20,895 bases of DNA from a virus (taxonomy: Duplodnaviria > Heunggongvirae > Uroviricota > Caudoviricetes): IMG/VR virus record IMGVR_UViG_3300037453_000505; one strand, 5' to 3'. Below, one piece after another: positions 20,242 through 20,895 of the stretch (position 1 is the stretch's first letter; every line of letters begins with the position of its first letter). Both the position numbers and the translations under genes were made by a program. The notes beneath the pieces are model-generated. The model ran no database searches. It saw only the letters and a list, made by a program, of their open reading frames with translations, and had not been told where the DNA came from.

Positions 20242-20895
20242 GTGAGAGTAAATGGACAACAAGTAGCTAGGAGTTGGACTCAGTTTGAGAGCCAATTACC
20301 TCAGTGAAAAATCGAGCCTGTGAGTGTTGAGGTAAAAGAAAACAACACTAAAATCGAAGGCTACCCAGTCTTCGAAAAGCTAGTAGAACTCTCAGGCATA
20401 GGGCAAACACCAGAGCAAGTTATCTCTGATTTGTGATTAGAAAAAATGACAAACTCAGAATGAGAATTAAAGTTCTGGAATTGAGATAGCAATGAAATGC
20501 TAGATTGGTTTGGTCTATGTTTTAGATTCCTTAATAGGAATTATCATAGGCGTTGGGCTTATGTTAAGGTGGGGGACAGAGAAATCTACTGAATGTGTCA
20601 GGTATCAAGTAGACGTTTTCATATGAAAACACCTGAATGAATTCTGACAATGCCTGCAACTTATATTCAGAATCAACAGACAGGAGAATCATCTTATGTA
20701 TTCTTCCCTATAAAAGCTCTGTTATCTGAGGGCGAACAAGCCTTGTTTGAGTTGTATAGAACTAGTATTCCTGTTGCTAGTAGTAATCAAAGGGCAGTAT
20801 TAGAACAGGAGATAATGACAAGGTTGGAAAAGTTATCTATTCTTAAAGATGAAAAGCCAACCATATTAGACACAAATTCTCAATTCTTAAAGATT
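20242..20895 (+). CDS. Hypothetical protein, 3' truncated (>218 aa)
   Basis: Probable GTG start (MRVNGQQVARSWTQFESQLPQGKIEPV...), open to the window end with TGA=Gly; start codon uncertain. Confidence 0.7.

Noticed and set aside
1..20895. Decayed prophage with many pseudogenes
   Set aside because: Interruptions are exclusively TGA, frames are preserved, and TGA falls at conserved Gly sites.

Overview
AT-rich segment of a tailed dsDNA phage (or prophage) that does not use the standard genetic code. The supplied ORF track is fragmented because TGA is a sense codon. Read as Gly (code 25, Absconditabacteria/SR1 and Gracilibacteria), the fragments join into long genes and restore motifs such as the terminase Walker A GPRGGGKS (three TGAs). 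CGG (and probably CGA) appear to encode Trp (primase HMY-CGG = HxYW), the additional recoding reported for Absconditabacteria. Left arm (minus strand): 315-aa basic protein, terminase large subunit, 100-aa protein, then 1015-aa and >2066-aa probable virion/ejection proteins. A divergent control region with a structured leader RNA precedes the right arm (plus strand). That arm has a RepB-type primase-DnaB-like helicase fusion, an HTH replication initiator with an internal 4-iteron origin, and a repeat/hairpin-rich region around an isolated 299-aa gene. It continues with an attenuator-like RNA, a membrane-anchored GH73-like muramidase, several small ORFs, a ubiquitin-like (beta-grasp) protein and a truncated ORF. 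All translations were done by eye; no database searches were run.
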